Shown here: one piece after another, positions 40,588-54,903 of the stretch
Numbering within the stretch: the stretch's first letter is position 1
Layout of the letters: each line of letters starts with the position of its first letter
NCBI GenBank assembly: GCA_016748015.1
Contig: JAAOMT010000678.1
Location: 668,851-732,850 of the forward strand
Length of the DNA: 64,000 nucleotides
From: Geosiphon pyriformis uo1
Lineage: Eukaryota; Fungi; Glomeromycota
Direction: 5' to 3'
Translations under genes and position numbers: made by a program
Notes under the pieces: generated by a model
Told to the model about the DNA's origin: nothing
Database searches by the model: none
Seen by the model: the letters and a program-made list of their open reading frames with translations, nothing else

Positions 40588-43508
40588 TGATCGCATTAAA
40601 ACAAAAGTACACTCTGAAAGTTTTATCAAACTAAATTATTTTTTGAATCTCATATCAAGAGCAAAAATATTTTCTAAAAAAAAATTTCTCTTAATAATAA
40701 ATATGTATTCTGAGTGGAAAATCAAAAAGATTTTTATTAATATTGTTACAAAACAATTTATGTTGGACTCATGTTTCAAAGTCCTAAACATATTAGTTAA
40801 GTAAATCTTTAGATATTTCATGAATGAAAAATGGTTGTGACTAAAAAAGTTCGATCGATGGTTAAATGGCTTCATATTCTTCCGGTTTTCCTAGTTAGGT
40901 AAGTTTGTAAAATAGTAATTTGGTAGATCGTTGATCTAACTTTAAATTTTTCTATATATGGATGTCTATACCTAACTGGGTAAATGAACTTGAACCAATA
41001 GTCAATCACTTGACAAAAAGTTTTGATACTTTAAAAGTTACATTGGTCATTTACGAGTGAAAAGCCTTTCTGTGGGCGTCATACAATTTCGGACAAAGTA
41101 ACTTGTAATGTAATACTTGCAACCCCGATTGGAGATTCTTTATTTCAAGAAATAACAATATCTGGGATATTTGTGCGTTTTCACGATACTTGTCTTGAAG
41201 ACATTGATCGAGTGAGATAAATGAGAAGTCATTATCGAGTGGCAACCTCATAAAATTAGCTTTTCGTATAAGCCATTTCATAAAGATTTAATACTAAATC
41301 CTTTAATATTCCATCTTGGGCTTCTAAATCTCGAAAAAGGGTATGCTTTGAACTAATAAATGGTGAATATAAATTGAAATAATTCTTGCGCATTTATTTT
41401 TGAATTGGCCCTTTAGCTAAAATTCGACTTTTTAAAATTTGATAAAGATTATCAATCATGGATTAATTACAATAACAATCAAAATACTGTCATCTTTTTC
41501 ACTTGACGGATAAAATGAAAATCGAGATTCCAAGAAATGGTGATCCCCAGCCATCAAGTTCTCTCTCATCACACTATACAAATCGGGAAATGGTTAAACA
41601 ATTGACTATTTTCATATCAAAAAATACAAATTCTTGTTACCTTTATAAAAAAATTTTATCTTGACTGTTTTAACCAGGTGTGATTAGAGCAAACATAATG
41701 ATCAGAATATAAGAAAAGTTCCTGGAAATCAGGTTCCTATGTATCTTTACCTAATTTTTTTTACATATATACAAAATTTTCAAATGATGATTAGAAAAAT
41801 TTTCAAAATTGAATGATTTGAAGTGAAATTACCAAAAATCCTATATTAACTTATATTCTTACCAACCAAAAATTGGGTTTTTAAGTCATCTCTCGGTCTA
41901 AAGACTTTTTTCCTAGAATTTTTTCAATGGTTTCATTTTATTTCGATTTGAAAAAGATGAAAATTAATCTCGAAAAAACTCCTGAATTAATATTTCTCCC
42001 TTTTTGGATATTCTACCTATTAGAATTTTGGACAATTATCATATTTCCTTAATATTATACATGTATATCAATATCTTGCTTCTTAAAATATCAAGATTTA
42101 TCTATATCTTTGTTTCTCATTTTTATTAGCATATGATTTCTTATTAAATTATTTTTTAATTCATCAAAAAATTAAAAGCGGGCCAAAACCAAAAACGCAA
42201 ATACACTTTTTTATATACCCCTTATCTCGGGAACAAGGTAGATTTTTATTAGCTATAAAGAGGATTTACAATTTGACTTAAAAAGATTGGGGGTTTTTTT
42301 TTTCAACCTCATTAATTAATTTTGAGAATCAAAGAAATACATTTTTTTAAAAAAAAGTCTGATAAGAAATTAAAATAAAAAATTAAATTAAATTAAATTA
42401 ATTAATGAATCAAATTTGATTTTTATTATCCTTTATGCTAATAATTGTATTTTAGTAAAAAAAAAAAAATTAAATTAAATTAATTATTAAAACTCATAAT
42501 ATTAAATAAATCATTATAAAAATTCAAGTTTAATTTGATCTAAATATATTTGATTTATTTTTTCTTAATTTTTATTTCTTTATAAAATTTTTTATTATTT
42601 TTTATAATTTTTTTTCTCAAGCTCAATATTTTTAAAGTATTTAAATTCAAACCTTTTATTAAATATATATATCATTATTAATGTTTTATACTTAATTAAA
42701 AAATGATAATTTAAATAATCTAATAAACTTGTGTCAAATCAGAAATTTTCTCAATTAAACCTGTAGAATTTGAATTTATAAAAAATTTAGTTAGATTTTT
42801 CGATTCTTGTAACAATGTATGTTGTCAAATATTTGTAAATTAATCGATTTTGTTAATCGATTTTTTTTTATAGCTTTTTCTATTTATTTTTTTCATCATG
42901 TTTAAAAAAGTTTCAAAATATTTATCACTATATTTCTGTCTTTTACCCAATCAAAAAATTATTAAGTTAATTTACGGTATAACTTTATGAAAATAAATAT
43001 ACCAAGAGTTTACCATATGGTGAAAAAATAGTTTACAAAGGGAACAATCATAAAAGCACCTTTTTTAATTTGATTCTCTAAACAAGGGTATAAACAAAAT
43101 GGCACACATCTGAATTTAAAGACGATAATGAAATATCAAAAATTTAATTGTTAAAGTATAAGGATTTTAATAACATTTTTATCAAGCATTTTCTAATATT
43201 TCAATTAAAATTTTTAATTCTTTTTGCATTTAAATCAAGATTATCGGATAAATTAAACAATGTTGGACTAAAATTTTCCAAGAAATAAAAGTAACTCATT
43301 TGCATTTGATTTTGACATGTTTGTTTTTATAACTTAAACTTGTAATGTTTCAGATTTTTCGTATTTGCCATCTATGGGTTCAGCTCATAAAAAATATTTT
43401 ATTGTTATGAAGACGTTATTTTGAATAATAGATTTGTTTCATATATATATATATATATATATTAGATACCTTTGAAAATATACGTACCGAAAGCTGGTTT
43501 TAAACAAA

Positions 43509-44943
43509 ATGTCAACCATTTTTATTGGAATGTTAAAAATATCAAATTTAGGGTTTCCTTTTGCTTGGCTAGTTTTACTTTTTTCCTCGTTAGTTTTGAC
43601 CTCATGGCTTCTTGACGTGGATGAATATGAAACAAGTCGTTCATTAAAAAATTTTGATATTCTTCATTTAAAAGAGGCTAGTTCAAAAAACCAAACTCAG
43701 ATTTTCACAAAAAGAACAAATTATTTCCCGAGTAATGAATTGAAGTTTAGTGCCCCTTTGTTTTTTAAAAAAAAGACATTGATTAGTTCAAAAAATGAAA
43801 ATAAAGGAGGTGAAAAATTCTTAATTACCGATCAAAATGATCCTGTATTAAAGGCCCTTTCAAATGCAGCAAGATTAGCTAAATTGGCATATTGCTTAAA
43901 TGAAGATGAAGATGAAGTGGCACCTGGAATTCTCGGTATCTTTTTCAAATAATTTTTGGATCCATGTATTTTACACTATTAATTTTTTATTGCCTCGATG
44001 AAATCTTGTTTCCATTTAGTTAAAGTAGAGAAAAACCTTTATGAAGGAAAAAGTGAACTCAATGTTTATTTCCTTGGTAAATGTATAAAAATTTTCTTGC
44101 GACCCGAAAATTCTTTATACCTAATTTAGATTTCCTAACATTCATTAGGAATCGATCACAGCCATGAAGGTTGGTTATCAAAAAAGTTTGAGCTTGTGAG
44201 GCATCCAATCTTTCACACTGCGATGATTGATAAAATCTTTCTAAGCTCGTTTAATTTGGCTAGTGAGAAAATTGTAAAAAAAATAGAAGATGCATGGAAC
44301 AATAATAGCCTTTATAGAATTAATTTGATCGGTCACAGTGTTGGTGGGGGTGGGTCTTTGAACTTATTTGCTCGTCTTGATGTTTTAATAATAACAGATT
44401 GAAATTACCACAGCTGAAAATGTCTCATTAAAATTTTCAGTTTATGCGGTGCTCACAGCGATTACCTGGGCTTTGAAAAAAACTGAAATGGGTATCAATG
44501 TCTTTACTTTTGGACAACCAAGAATTGGGGATTTTACTTTTGCTCAAATTATAAATCAGCAGTTGATGCAAAATACACGAATTTTTCGCGTTACTCATAC
44601 CAACGATTATGTGCCACGTTTACCATTAAACAAGAAAAATGACATGTTTCATCATGCTTTGGAAATTTGGATCTCGTCTGATTGTGATTGTGATGGAAAA
44701 GAAATGGTATACAGGTGTTATGGCCCTACAGAACTATTCCCGATGGGCTTGGGTTTAGAGAGTCAGGCAAGTAATATTTTAATCAGATTGAAAAATAAAA
44801 TTTTGCTTTTAACTCTAATTTTTTTATGCCTACAAATATCCTTTTAGAACTGTAATAATCAATACTCACCAGAGAATTTAGGTACAACCTCACACTTTGG
44901 CCCTTATTTTGGATATACAATGAGACCTAAATGCAAGCTGTAA
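43509..44943 (+). CDS. Lipase class 3 protein F (triad present)
   Basis: Exons 43509-43935, 44019-44076, 44149-44349, 44441-44766, 44848-44943; last intron has a GC donor (CAG|GCAAGT). AARLAKLAYC, GHSVGG, TFGQPRIGD, HTNDYVPRLP, SHFGPYFG. Confidence 0.88.
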
Positions 44944-46091
44944 ATAAACTAATATTTAAACTTGCTCAAAAATGTTCTAGTATTTTAAGGGTTTACTTTG
45001 TCAAAAAAATTTCTTACAAATAGAAATTCATTATCCTAAAAAATTCGGTTCAATATTATAGACATTTTTCCTTACAAAAAACCCTTATGCCCTTTGTGGT
45101 GAACAAAATTTTTTCTGATAAAAAATATTCAAAGTTGCCAACGTGGGAGTATCAGTTGAATAAAATATTAAACTAAAAAAATCTTTTGTCTTAGTTAGAA
45201 GCCTGAAATTAAGAAGAAAAGTAAAATACACAAGTTACAGTATGATATATTCTGACTCTATTATTTTAAGGGTTGAGATTTCTTACCTTCTTTCCAGATT
45301 ATTCTAAACATTTCAAAACCATGTTCATTTTAAATTCTAGTTCAAATTTTCAAAATCTCTCGTTTGGTTATTTCGAAAATTCTATTTTGTTTATCGTATC
45401 ATTTAATTCCTAAAAGATTTAAATTGAAACACATAAGAATTAATTAAAAATCTTGTCTCAATTTTTTGTCTTCTTTCCATTCTTTAAATTTTTAATGAAT
45501 CAACGAAAAAACAGATAAAATTTTTTCCGACAAACTTGCGACTACCCGAATAACGTTACTCTTCAGCTAGACAGTATTTAATTCTGAGAGATTTATTTAT
45601 ATCAAAAATACTGATTAATTTTTACAAAACTGCTTGATAAAACATTAAAATATGAAATTAAGAACATATAAAATTCTAATACTGTGCGTTCCCTAATATT
45701 TTAATTATTTTGAATTGAAATTTTTACAAGTTATTTATTAATGGCTTATACAAAGTGATTACGTATTTCTCCAGGAGAAATTATTTCTAAATTAAAGAAA
45801 TTATAATGAATTTTTGGTAATTTTAAGAAATATTTTTGATAATTTTATTATTTTTTTACTTATTTTCGGCAGATTTTATGATTCTTTATAGTTTTTTCTA
45901 TATCTCTTTGTAAATTGTATAATAATAATAATAATAATAAATGTATGCTGAGTCAAGAAGCTAGTTATAAAAAAAAAAGATTTACAGTCCTCCCGAAAAG
46001 TAATGGCGGGGTATTTTTTTTATACATATTAATTTCTGTTTAAATTTTAATATTTAATAGATATATAAGTAAAGAATATATATGCAAAAAA

Positions 46092-46707
46092 TTAATATTT
46101 AGTATGTCCTCCTTTTACACTAATACAATCTTGAATTCGATTTTGCATACTAGTAATACAGTTAAGAATGGCCTCATTAGACAGATTATTCCATTCTTCT
46201 TCTACTATTGTAATAAAAATCGCTTGAGAGATATTTTTTTTGTGTGCTATTATTGCTTTGACTTTTTTCTCAACATTTCGTTTAAGAATAGCCCANNNNN
46301 NNNNNNNNNNNNNNNNNNNNNNNNNNNNNNNNNNNNNNNNNNNNNNNNNNNNNNNNNNNNNNNNNNNNNNNNNNNNNNNNNNNNNNNNNNNNNNNNNNNN
46401 NNNNNNNNNNTATTTCAATCTCAGGATATGTTTTTGCAAGTTGTGCCTTGATTTCAATTGCTGTAGTAAAGTGATTTCGATTTACAATTTTTCCAATCTG
46501 GCGACGTATTTTTGGTAAAGTTTTTCGTGGACGACCTGAACGATGAATTGCTCGAATTTGACCATTTTTACGAAGTTGTCCTATATATCGTTCACAAGAG
46601 CGAAGAGGAACATTAGTTTTTCGAGATATTTCGGTTGGACTTCGATAACCTTGTTGCCAAAATCTCTTAACGACTTCACGATTGAATTTTACAGGATTAT
46701 ATTTCAT
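46092..46707 (-). CDS. Tc1-family transposase (middle hidden by N gap)
   Basis: N-terminal HTH with RSGRPRK; C-terminus WAILKRNVEK...EEWNNL...SMQNRIQDCISVKGGHTKY. Confidence 0.85.
46296..46410. other. Assembly gap (115 N)
   Basis: Run of N inside the Tc1 element. Confidence 1.
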
Positions 46708-49700
46708 TACAAGAAATAAAACTCGTTATTGATCAAAACAATTTTGTTTTAAAAAATAAAAATAGTAGCATTGAATGTATGCGCGTACAAATTATTACTT
46801 AAAATGTCTTAACAATAGCTGATCGGAACCATAATAAGAATTACGCGCCGCAAGAGTTACCCCGCCATTACTTTTCGGGGGTACTGTATTATATTGTTAA
46901 TTAATGTAAAATTTTCAAAATTTGAAAACAAACTTATTTTGTAATTCTTTTAATTAGTTTTAAAATCAAAAATTGATAATAATAAATTATTATTTTTTGA
47001 TTGAGCTAAATTATTATTGATTTAATTCAATAAATTTTTTTTTTTGAATTGAATACAATAATTTATATTTTTAATATTACATAATTTACACATATTTTTA
47101 TATAAAATTTGTAATATTTTTACAAACAAAAAAATATAATTCCTATAAAAATATTTATTAACTAGATTTTTATCAAAATAATTTGATTTTCATTTTACTC
47201 AAAACATTACTCATATTTCAAAGATACAAAAAAGACTTTTTTTGATGATGGAAAACAAATAAAAATGATAAATGCCAATCACTATCACCTGACTCTGCTG
47301 AATCTTAAATTTATTTTAACTCTGATGTAATCCTTAAAAAAAAATGTGATCCGTAATTTTATTTGACGATCTTTGGAAAGAGCTATAACATTAGACAAGC
47401 ACTGTTGTATTGTTTTTGATAACGCTTTGAGCTATATTAATTGAGGTTAAAGAATGCCAGCTTGAAATAACTCAAAAGGCAGGGGTAGAATTATGAATAG
47501 GTATGAAATCAATATATGGCTTTTTTTTAAAAAGTGTTATCTTAAGACAAATTTGGATGGTTAAAATTCTGAATGAATATTTAAAGTTTGATTATTTCTA
47601 TATTCTTTAACTCGGTAAGAGATTGCAAAAAAATTTTTAGGATTAAAACTCATTTTCCAAAATGTCACCAGACTCAAAAATCTTGGGGATTCCTTGACAT
47701 CCAAGTTTGGGTGCAATATTGTTGAAATTAGTCATACGATAAATTTTCACAAATTTGTTTCCACAAATTTTTGGCAATCTAAACGTATATACCATACGTT
47801 CATGATGAATTTATTTACACCAAAATAATGCGGCAAAAAGAGTATAAACTAAATTTATAGAAAACTTGGATTAAAACACATCATCACCACCTAAACTTAA
47901 GTCTTTTCGTTGAAAAGTTACCATTAATGAGCAAAGATTTGAGTACAACAGTCATCATTTTGTAATGATTATAAAAAGTAACGTTGACTTTTGCATCTGG
48001 AAAAAGTGGGAAAGGTTATGGGAAAATCTTTCAATGTATCTCTGTTAGTTCATTTCCTCAAATATAAACGATTAGAATCATTTTATTTTTCTCATTTGAA
48101 ACAATTTCCACCTTGCTTGTCAAAGATATTGCTCTTATTAAAAAACAATAAATTTATTGCAGAATAGTAAAACAAAAGTGTCTTAATTTACCATATACCT
48201 TCTCACGTTTAACAAGTTAACCAGTATTTTGGATCGTCACCTTGTGGCTAACCCGTTTTACAATACAAAGGCTAAATTAAGTTTATCCGAGGTGAAGCTA
48301 CCACCGAAATTGGTAAAAAGGTTAAAAAAAAAAACAATCAAAAGGTTGATATTTTTTTAAAAATGATACATTTGTTACTTCATGATTATTAAAAAAATTC
48401 AAAAACTCAAAGAATGTGACATATTTGTGAAAACTTTGAAGGGTGAAAAAGAAAGGAAGGCCTCGTTCGGATAATTCGTGATATACTTTGGGTTCAAGGG
48501 TCTGTATTACTTCGTCTCAATCACAAACCACTTTTAATTTTTTGGGAGTATTTTTGAAATGATTATAAAGACAAAAGTTTTTGCGGAAATTTTTAGATAC
48601 GTTTGGATCAAAACAGGCAAATTAGAAGGGGTTCAAAAGTTAAACCAAATTCTCGACAGTTTGGTTAGATCGGAAGATTATCTGTGGGATTAGCAAATTA
48701 TTTTTGCTTCCCAACACGAAAAAATGTCATATGACTCGTGATCTCATTTAGAGTAATTGTGGGAAATGTTTGCTATTTCCCCAGTTTAGGAAATCTAGTT
48801 GAAAGAAAAAATACTGCACGGGTAATTCATCAAAAAAAAAGGGAAATGATAAGCAATTTAAAATCAAGCGAAAGTAGCATGCTTAGTTACCATTTATTGA
48901 GCAATAGATGGTTCTAGAAAAATTTTTCTCGATTTGAAAATTAGTTTTAATTTTTTAAAATAATAATGATTTACACCATATATATTGATATAAAAATAAA
49001 AACATTCGGAATACAGTTGTCTTTGTTTTTAATAGTCTGAAAATTATGATGAAAGTTTTTAGAGATTTTCAAAAAATAAAATTGTCATAACATTAAATTT
49101 TTTTTCAAACTTCTCCATGCCACCTCCAATTTTAAGATATTTTTTCATCATATTCCAAGCTCAAATATTTGCATCGTAAATGTATTGATAACTTCAAAAA
49201 TATATATTAAATTATTATATAAAGACGGTTCATATAAGAAGAATTTGATATAATAGGTCATTAAACCATTTTTTATTCACACTGCTTTTCTTGAATTTAG
49301 AATAACATTTCATTTTTGTTAACTCACTTATTTTATTATAAAAAATAAAATTCTCATGCACAAGAGCTTGAAAATAGTACTATTATTTCATTATTAAGAC
49401 AATAAAATAAAATAAAATAAACCTTGACCTTGACCTTGAACTTGACCAAATCTCAAATAACCAAAAAAAATCTTTTTTTCTGTAAAAGTAATTATATCTA
49501 ATACCCAATATTTAAAAATAAATTAATATTGAAATTGGACTTGGACTTGGACTTGTAATTATACATGAAAATAAATTTTTTATAAAAAATAATCAAAATT
49601 TAAAATTCTAGCAATTGTTTTAAAATCTTTTTCCAAAATATATACTCATAAATCTATTAATCCCCGATACTTTTTCACATAAAAGTATATTGTAACTTAT

Positions 49701-50259
49701 AATTTACTAGAACGAACTCATAAAAGCAATTTAAAATTGATAAAAACAAAAACTATTTTAGTTAATAAAGAGCAAAAATAAAATCAGTCAGCCCAAGAAT
49801 CACAAGATTGTTTTTTAAAAAAAAAAACAGCAACAAAATAAAACATCATGTCAATATTTTTATAAGCTTACAAAAAAATAGCTCTCAACACCTTATGTTT
49901 CTGTCTTTTACGTACCCGATATGATTGACGACTAAACTTCAAATGAAAATTTACAACTATTTTGCCGAAAGCGTGTCAACAAATAAAAAAAAATTATAAT
50001 AAAACGGATTATTTATCAAGTTTTCAAAGTGGAAGATATCGTTGAGCGGCCAATCTCGAAAAATGAAAATTTTTTTTTAGCAAATCTTTTTTTAGTTTTA
50101 ATTAATATTTATTAAATTTCAAGCCTAATGGTATAATCTACAGATTATATAATATTTAATGATTCTTATACCAAGTAGCTAAATTATATAAAGGGGATTT
50201 ACATATTAAAAACATTCTATTTACAAATATTGTTAGATAATGTCCTATTTTCAATATTA

Positions 50260-51660
50260 TTATATGGGAGCAGGTCCCATTTTATATCCGAAATAAGGGC
50301 CATAATGGGCCTCACGTGAAAGAGATTGAACTTGATTGATGCATTCCTGAATTTCAATAAAAAATTTAATTCAATTTAATTTAAAATGTTTTTTTTTGGA
50401 AATTTAAAAAAATGATTCGATTGAAATATTTACCTGATTTTCTAAAATGTCACCAGCGTTAAAGTCTTTTACTATTCCATTACATTCAAAGACACCTGAC
50501 GACTCGTCACAGTCACAATTTTTTTCATTGATCCAAATTTCTAATTCAGGATGTCTCATTTGAGAATCTTTATGAAGTGTTGGTATAACGTCATTCGCGT
50601 AAGCGACACGATAAACCTTGAGATATGATTTTTCTGCTTTATTTATTAAACCGGCTAATACAGTATCACCGAATCTCGGCATTCCAAATGTGTATACGAC
50701 AAATTGATAAGTTGGGAATTCATGGTGCCAAGTTAATGCCGCCAAAATCGAATAAACTGAAATTTCAAAAAATATGACAGAAATTTTTAGTTTATTATTA
50801 AAGATATAAAAGTTTCTAACTCGTTTATTAGAAAATGAATTAAATTGTCTTTCTGTTACATACCACCTCCTGCCCCATGACCCGCAAAATTTATTGTGGG
50901 ATTCTCAACATTTTGAAAGTGTTTCTTAGCATCTTGTATCTTTTCTTTAAGTTGAGAGACAACCAATGAAAATTGATTCCATAAAATTGTATCAACTTTT
51001 GCCTCGGGAAAGTTTGGATGTGGATTAAGGTGTATTTCTCGATTGAACCAACGTTTTTCTGTAAGTGTAGGCCCTCGTATGTAGACCATCATTTCCATCT
51101 CATTTCTAGGGCTTTGTACAACTTCTACTTGACCTTTTAGAAAAAAATTGTTAAAGAAGAGAATGTTTAGTTCACATTATCAAAAAAATTAAAAATTAAA
51201 AAAATTTTGAATATAGAAAAAGAGGAATAGGCTTTTATCAATTACCATAAACATCTCGAGAGAGTTTTTTTGTTTTTCCTGAATAAGCTAAATTGGCATA
51301 CAAAGCTGCCCATTGTAGTCTATCCAACAAAAGACTTTTTGATAAAATAAGTTCAATTTTTTTTCCAGAATGAGGTACACTTATAAAGTCTGGAGGTGTG
51401 GCTTCTATCGATTGTTCCTCGAGTAATTCAACATTCTCTCGCTTAAAAACGAATCCCGACGAAGGATTTTTGATATTTAACCAATTTAAATTTGTCCGTG
51501 TTTTTACAATTTCAGGCAAAGTATAAGCAGCTGAAGATATCGATTGTAATATGGAGCTATAAAGTAAAAAGACGATAAAAAGAGTCGTGTGTTTTAAAAT
51601 GAAACCATGAATTCTTTTATTAAATTTAGCAAAACTCGGAGATTTTAAAGAGTGAATCAT
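50260..51660 (-). CDS. Lipase class 3-like protein G; Ser replaced by Gly (probable pseudoenzyme)
   Basis: Exons 51660-51246, 51133-50864, 50756-50434, 50346-50260. AALYANLAYS, GHGAGG (GGG at 50876-50874), TFGMPRFGD, ANDVIPTL, AHYGPYFG. Confidence 0.88.
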
Positions 51661-54012
51661 TGTGAAAATTTTCAAAAAATATAAATCAAAGGTTGGTTAG
51701 CTAATTTTTAATCAAGGTTCAATAAATTTTTAATCAAAGTTCGCTGAGTTTAAAGTGAAAGTGTCCTTTAAAGAGTCAGTCAGTCAGTCAGTAAGTCAGA
51801 AAGATTTGATGTAATATATAGTTTTCGGTAGGAATGAACTTTTATTAGTTCGTGATCTAAAGGGTGCATCTTTTATACTAATTTTCAAAAGTTTATCAAC
51901 GCCACCTCAGTTGAAGATCTTTTTTGAGGAAGAAAAGATAATCTCAACGATTGCAAAATTATTTAGGTATTCATTTTAGGAAATTAACAAGACAAATATT
52001 CAAGATCGATCTAATTTCCCCACAGTTAGGCATTTTGTAAATGAAACAAAGGGATCGATGAACTGAATACTTTTTAAGGCTCGTGAGATCATTTGGGAAG
52101 TGTGGGAAATCAAAGACCCTAATACCTCATTGTGTGTAAGCATTAATATTCGACGGAAAATTAGAAATGTGCATATGATGCTTGTTGAGCGGAAGTTCTA
52201 AAAAATATTACAATTTAAAGTTTGGGGGGAGGGGGGGTGGAGCGAGGTAAATCTTTCTAAAAAATGGAAGAAATATACGATTAATTCGGCAATAAATTTG
52301 GTAAAAATTTGTGAGAATACAAAATTTGATCATCGGGTGTAACTCCGTGATTTTTAATTCCGAAGTTACTGAAATAGGAAATTTTTTTTCCTTTTATATT
52401 AAAAAATAGTTCTGTTAACCGTGATTTGTTGCGAAAATATTTTTCCGAATTGATTCTTGCTTCTTTTGGGTAAAAAAAAAAAAAAAAAGAAAAAGAAATT
52501 TGTTATGAAATTGTTCACGTTATCAAAATCTTTTACCTTTTGTAAAATTTTCGAAAGAAAATCACACGTCAGAAACTTTTTCCAAAAAAACAACTAACCA
52601 ATAATCTACATGGCAAGCCTAATTTCCCAAATTGATAATGTTTGTGCTTTAAAGGGTAACCAGTGAAATTTTTTTTTAATGATTTATTTGTTTCTTGCTG
52701 ACTCTTCCTTATTCTTTTTTTTCCGTATTGTAAAGTCCCAATATCACTATGTCATATGTTTTTAGCACATGAACATTGTTTTGTTCAGAAATTAGCCTGT
52801 CGACTTGAAACTTCGGAGTTTTATACTTAGAAACACCCAAATTCTATCCACCAAATATTTATCAAAAGATGGTAATAACCACAAAGGGCAAAAAATCTCC
52901 AAAAAATTTCAGATCAAAGAATGGGCTTTGTGAGAATCATGTCCGCTTTTTGTAAAATTAGGCCACAAATACCCAAACATTATTATGCACAATAATTCAT
53001 TTCTCCTTTGAAATTCGTGTTCATCAAAAAAATTTCCCCCAATTTTTGGCAATATGTTATATTTTCTTGGATTTTTTTTTTTTCAAGGATGAAACTTTAC
53101 GATTTGTTTTTCTAGCAATTGGTGAAAGAAAGAATTCCTATATTTTTACTTTAAAAAGCTTGTGATCATAACCTAAATAATTAGAATGTGTAATTGAGAT
53201 TAGAAAAATCACATTTGTAAACTGTTTCTCTTTACTATAATTGGGATTTAAATAAATTTAAAAAAGTCTCGATGCTCATTTTAAATTTTCTATTAGGCGC
53301 TCGCGCGTCGTTCATGTGTGGGAATTTCATCTAAACTCTAATTATGTTAGCCGATCTTCAAGTTAGTCATGTAAAATGATCAGGAATCAAAAAAAGGATA
53401 AACACTCTAAAAATATTGTTTATATTTTGCTACTACTCCATTGCGATCTGAAATGTCATATACCGGGAATAGATTTTAATATTCTATTAGATGAAATCTA
53501 AAACCTTTCAAATCATACATCATCTGTATAAATTTTATTATGTTTTTTTTGTTTTTGTTTTTTTTCCAAAGATCATATTTAATTTTTGATAAAATTTTCC
53601 CAAATTGTTTTTTTTTATAATAAATGAGAAAAAAACAAATAAGATAACTTGAATCATATACAATATAAAATATTTTATTGGACAGAGAGATCAAAAAAGT
53701 GATCGTAACGGAGTATCAATTTATTACGATTTATATTATAAATTTATGTTTTATTAAGGTATCACAAAAATATTTTGAGGAAATTTATAGCATGACATGT
53801 ATTTGACAGATATGAATTTTTTTTTTGATCTGGGAAAAGCCTGTTCAAAAATTCTCAGCAACCGACTAAATTTTTAACCGGTATTTTTACATGAAAATCA
53901 AAAACGGCTCAATACATTTTTTTTTCTCTCAAATAAACCAGAGCCATTTCCATAAAAAAAAATTTTTTTTATTTGAAAACATCATTACAATTGACAGTAA
54001 TAATATTTTGTT

Positions 54013-54046
54013 AATAATAATAATAATAAAAATAATAATAATAATA

Positions 54047-54097
<51 letters not shown>

Positions 54098-54279
54098 GTA
54101 ATTTTTGAAGATAGATTTGAATGCTAAAAAAATTTTAAAATTGTTTCGACCAGTTTAACCAATGTAGATTTAAACATTGAAATTAGGAACATATAAAAAA
54201 CTTGAAAGGCAATAAAAACAACAACAATAATTATAATAATAAAGGTTGAACTATACTCAATAAAGCATTTTATAAAATA

Positions 54280-54318
<39 letters not shown>
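54013..54318. repeat. (AAT)n microsatellites
   Basis: Long imperfect AAT run at 54013-54101 and a second run at 54281-54318. Confidence 0.9.
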
Positions 54319-54903
54319 TGTAGTAATGATTTTAAAAAAGTCTAGATCTGAAAATTTTGTTTCAAAAAATCTACAAGATTATAGACTCAATTTATTTTTC
54401 TCAAATTTTGAAAACAGCCAAAAAAAAAAAATTTCTTTTTTCGATAGTAAATCTGAAGATTCAAAAAAAAAATTTGGAATTTTCCGCATCTTTTGCTTCA
54501 TTCTTTGATTATTTAAATTTGCTTTTTTTTTAAAAAAATAAAATAACAACGAGTGCTCCTCTTTTAATTTAACTTTAATTTAAATTATTATAAAGTGTTG
54601 AAAACTTCAAAAACTTTATACACTTGTTTGCTGAAATATTTCAAAATCAATTAAAATAAATTATTAAAAAGTCAAAATAATAGTTTCGCATTTGAATCCA
54701 TCAAAAGTTTCTTTTAAAATTTTTTTTAAAGATCCCTGCTATATTAAAAAATTATAGGTCAAGACTTCCACTCTTTTTAGGCTTTCTATCTTTTTAATTT
54801 GTATTTTTGGCTTTTTATCTCCTTAATTTGTATTCTTTTCTTAATATATTTGTAAAACTTACAACTATGATATTTTTCAATGGTAAAAATCTAACGCTCA
54901 AAA

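Larger units (their letters stand above)
45985..46886 (-). mobile_element. Tc1/mariner DNA transposon with TIRs
   Basis: 29-bp TIRs CAGTCCTCCCGAAAAGTAATGGCGGGGTA / CAGTACCCCCGAAAAGTAATGGCGGGGTA (2 mismatches), TA target duplication on both sides, internal transposase. Confidence 0.93.

Noticed and set aside
41050-41300. GC-richer intergenic patches (also ~4.8-5.2, 9.8-10.2, 27.5-27.8 and 47.9-48.3 kb) that might be eroded exons
   Set aside because: No recognisable motif in the frames translated by eye; would need tBLASTx.
53891-54127. 78-aa poly-Ile ORF
   Set aside because: Translation of the (AAT)n microsatellite.
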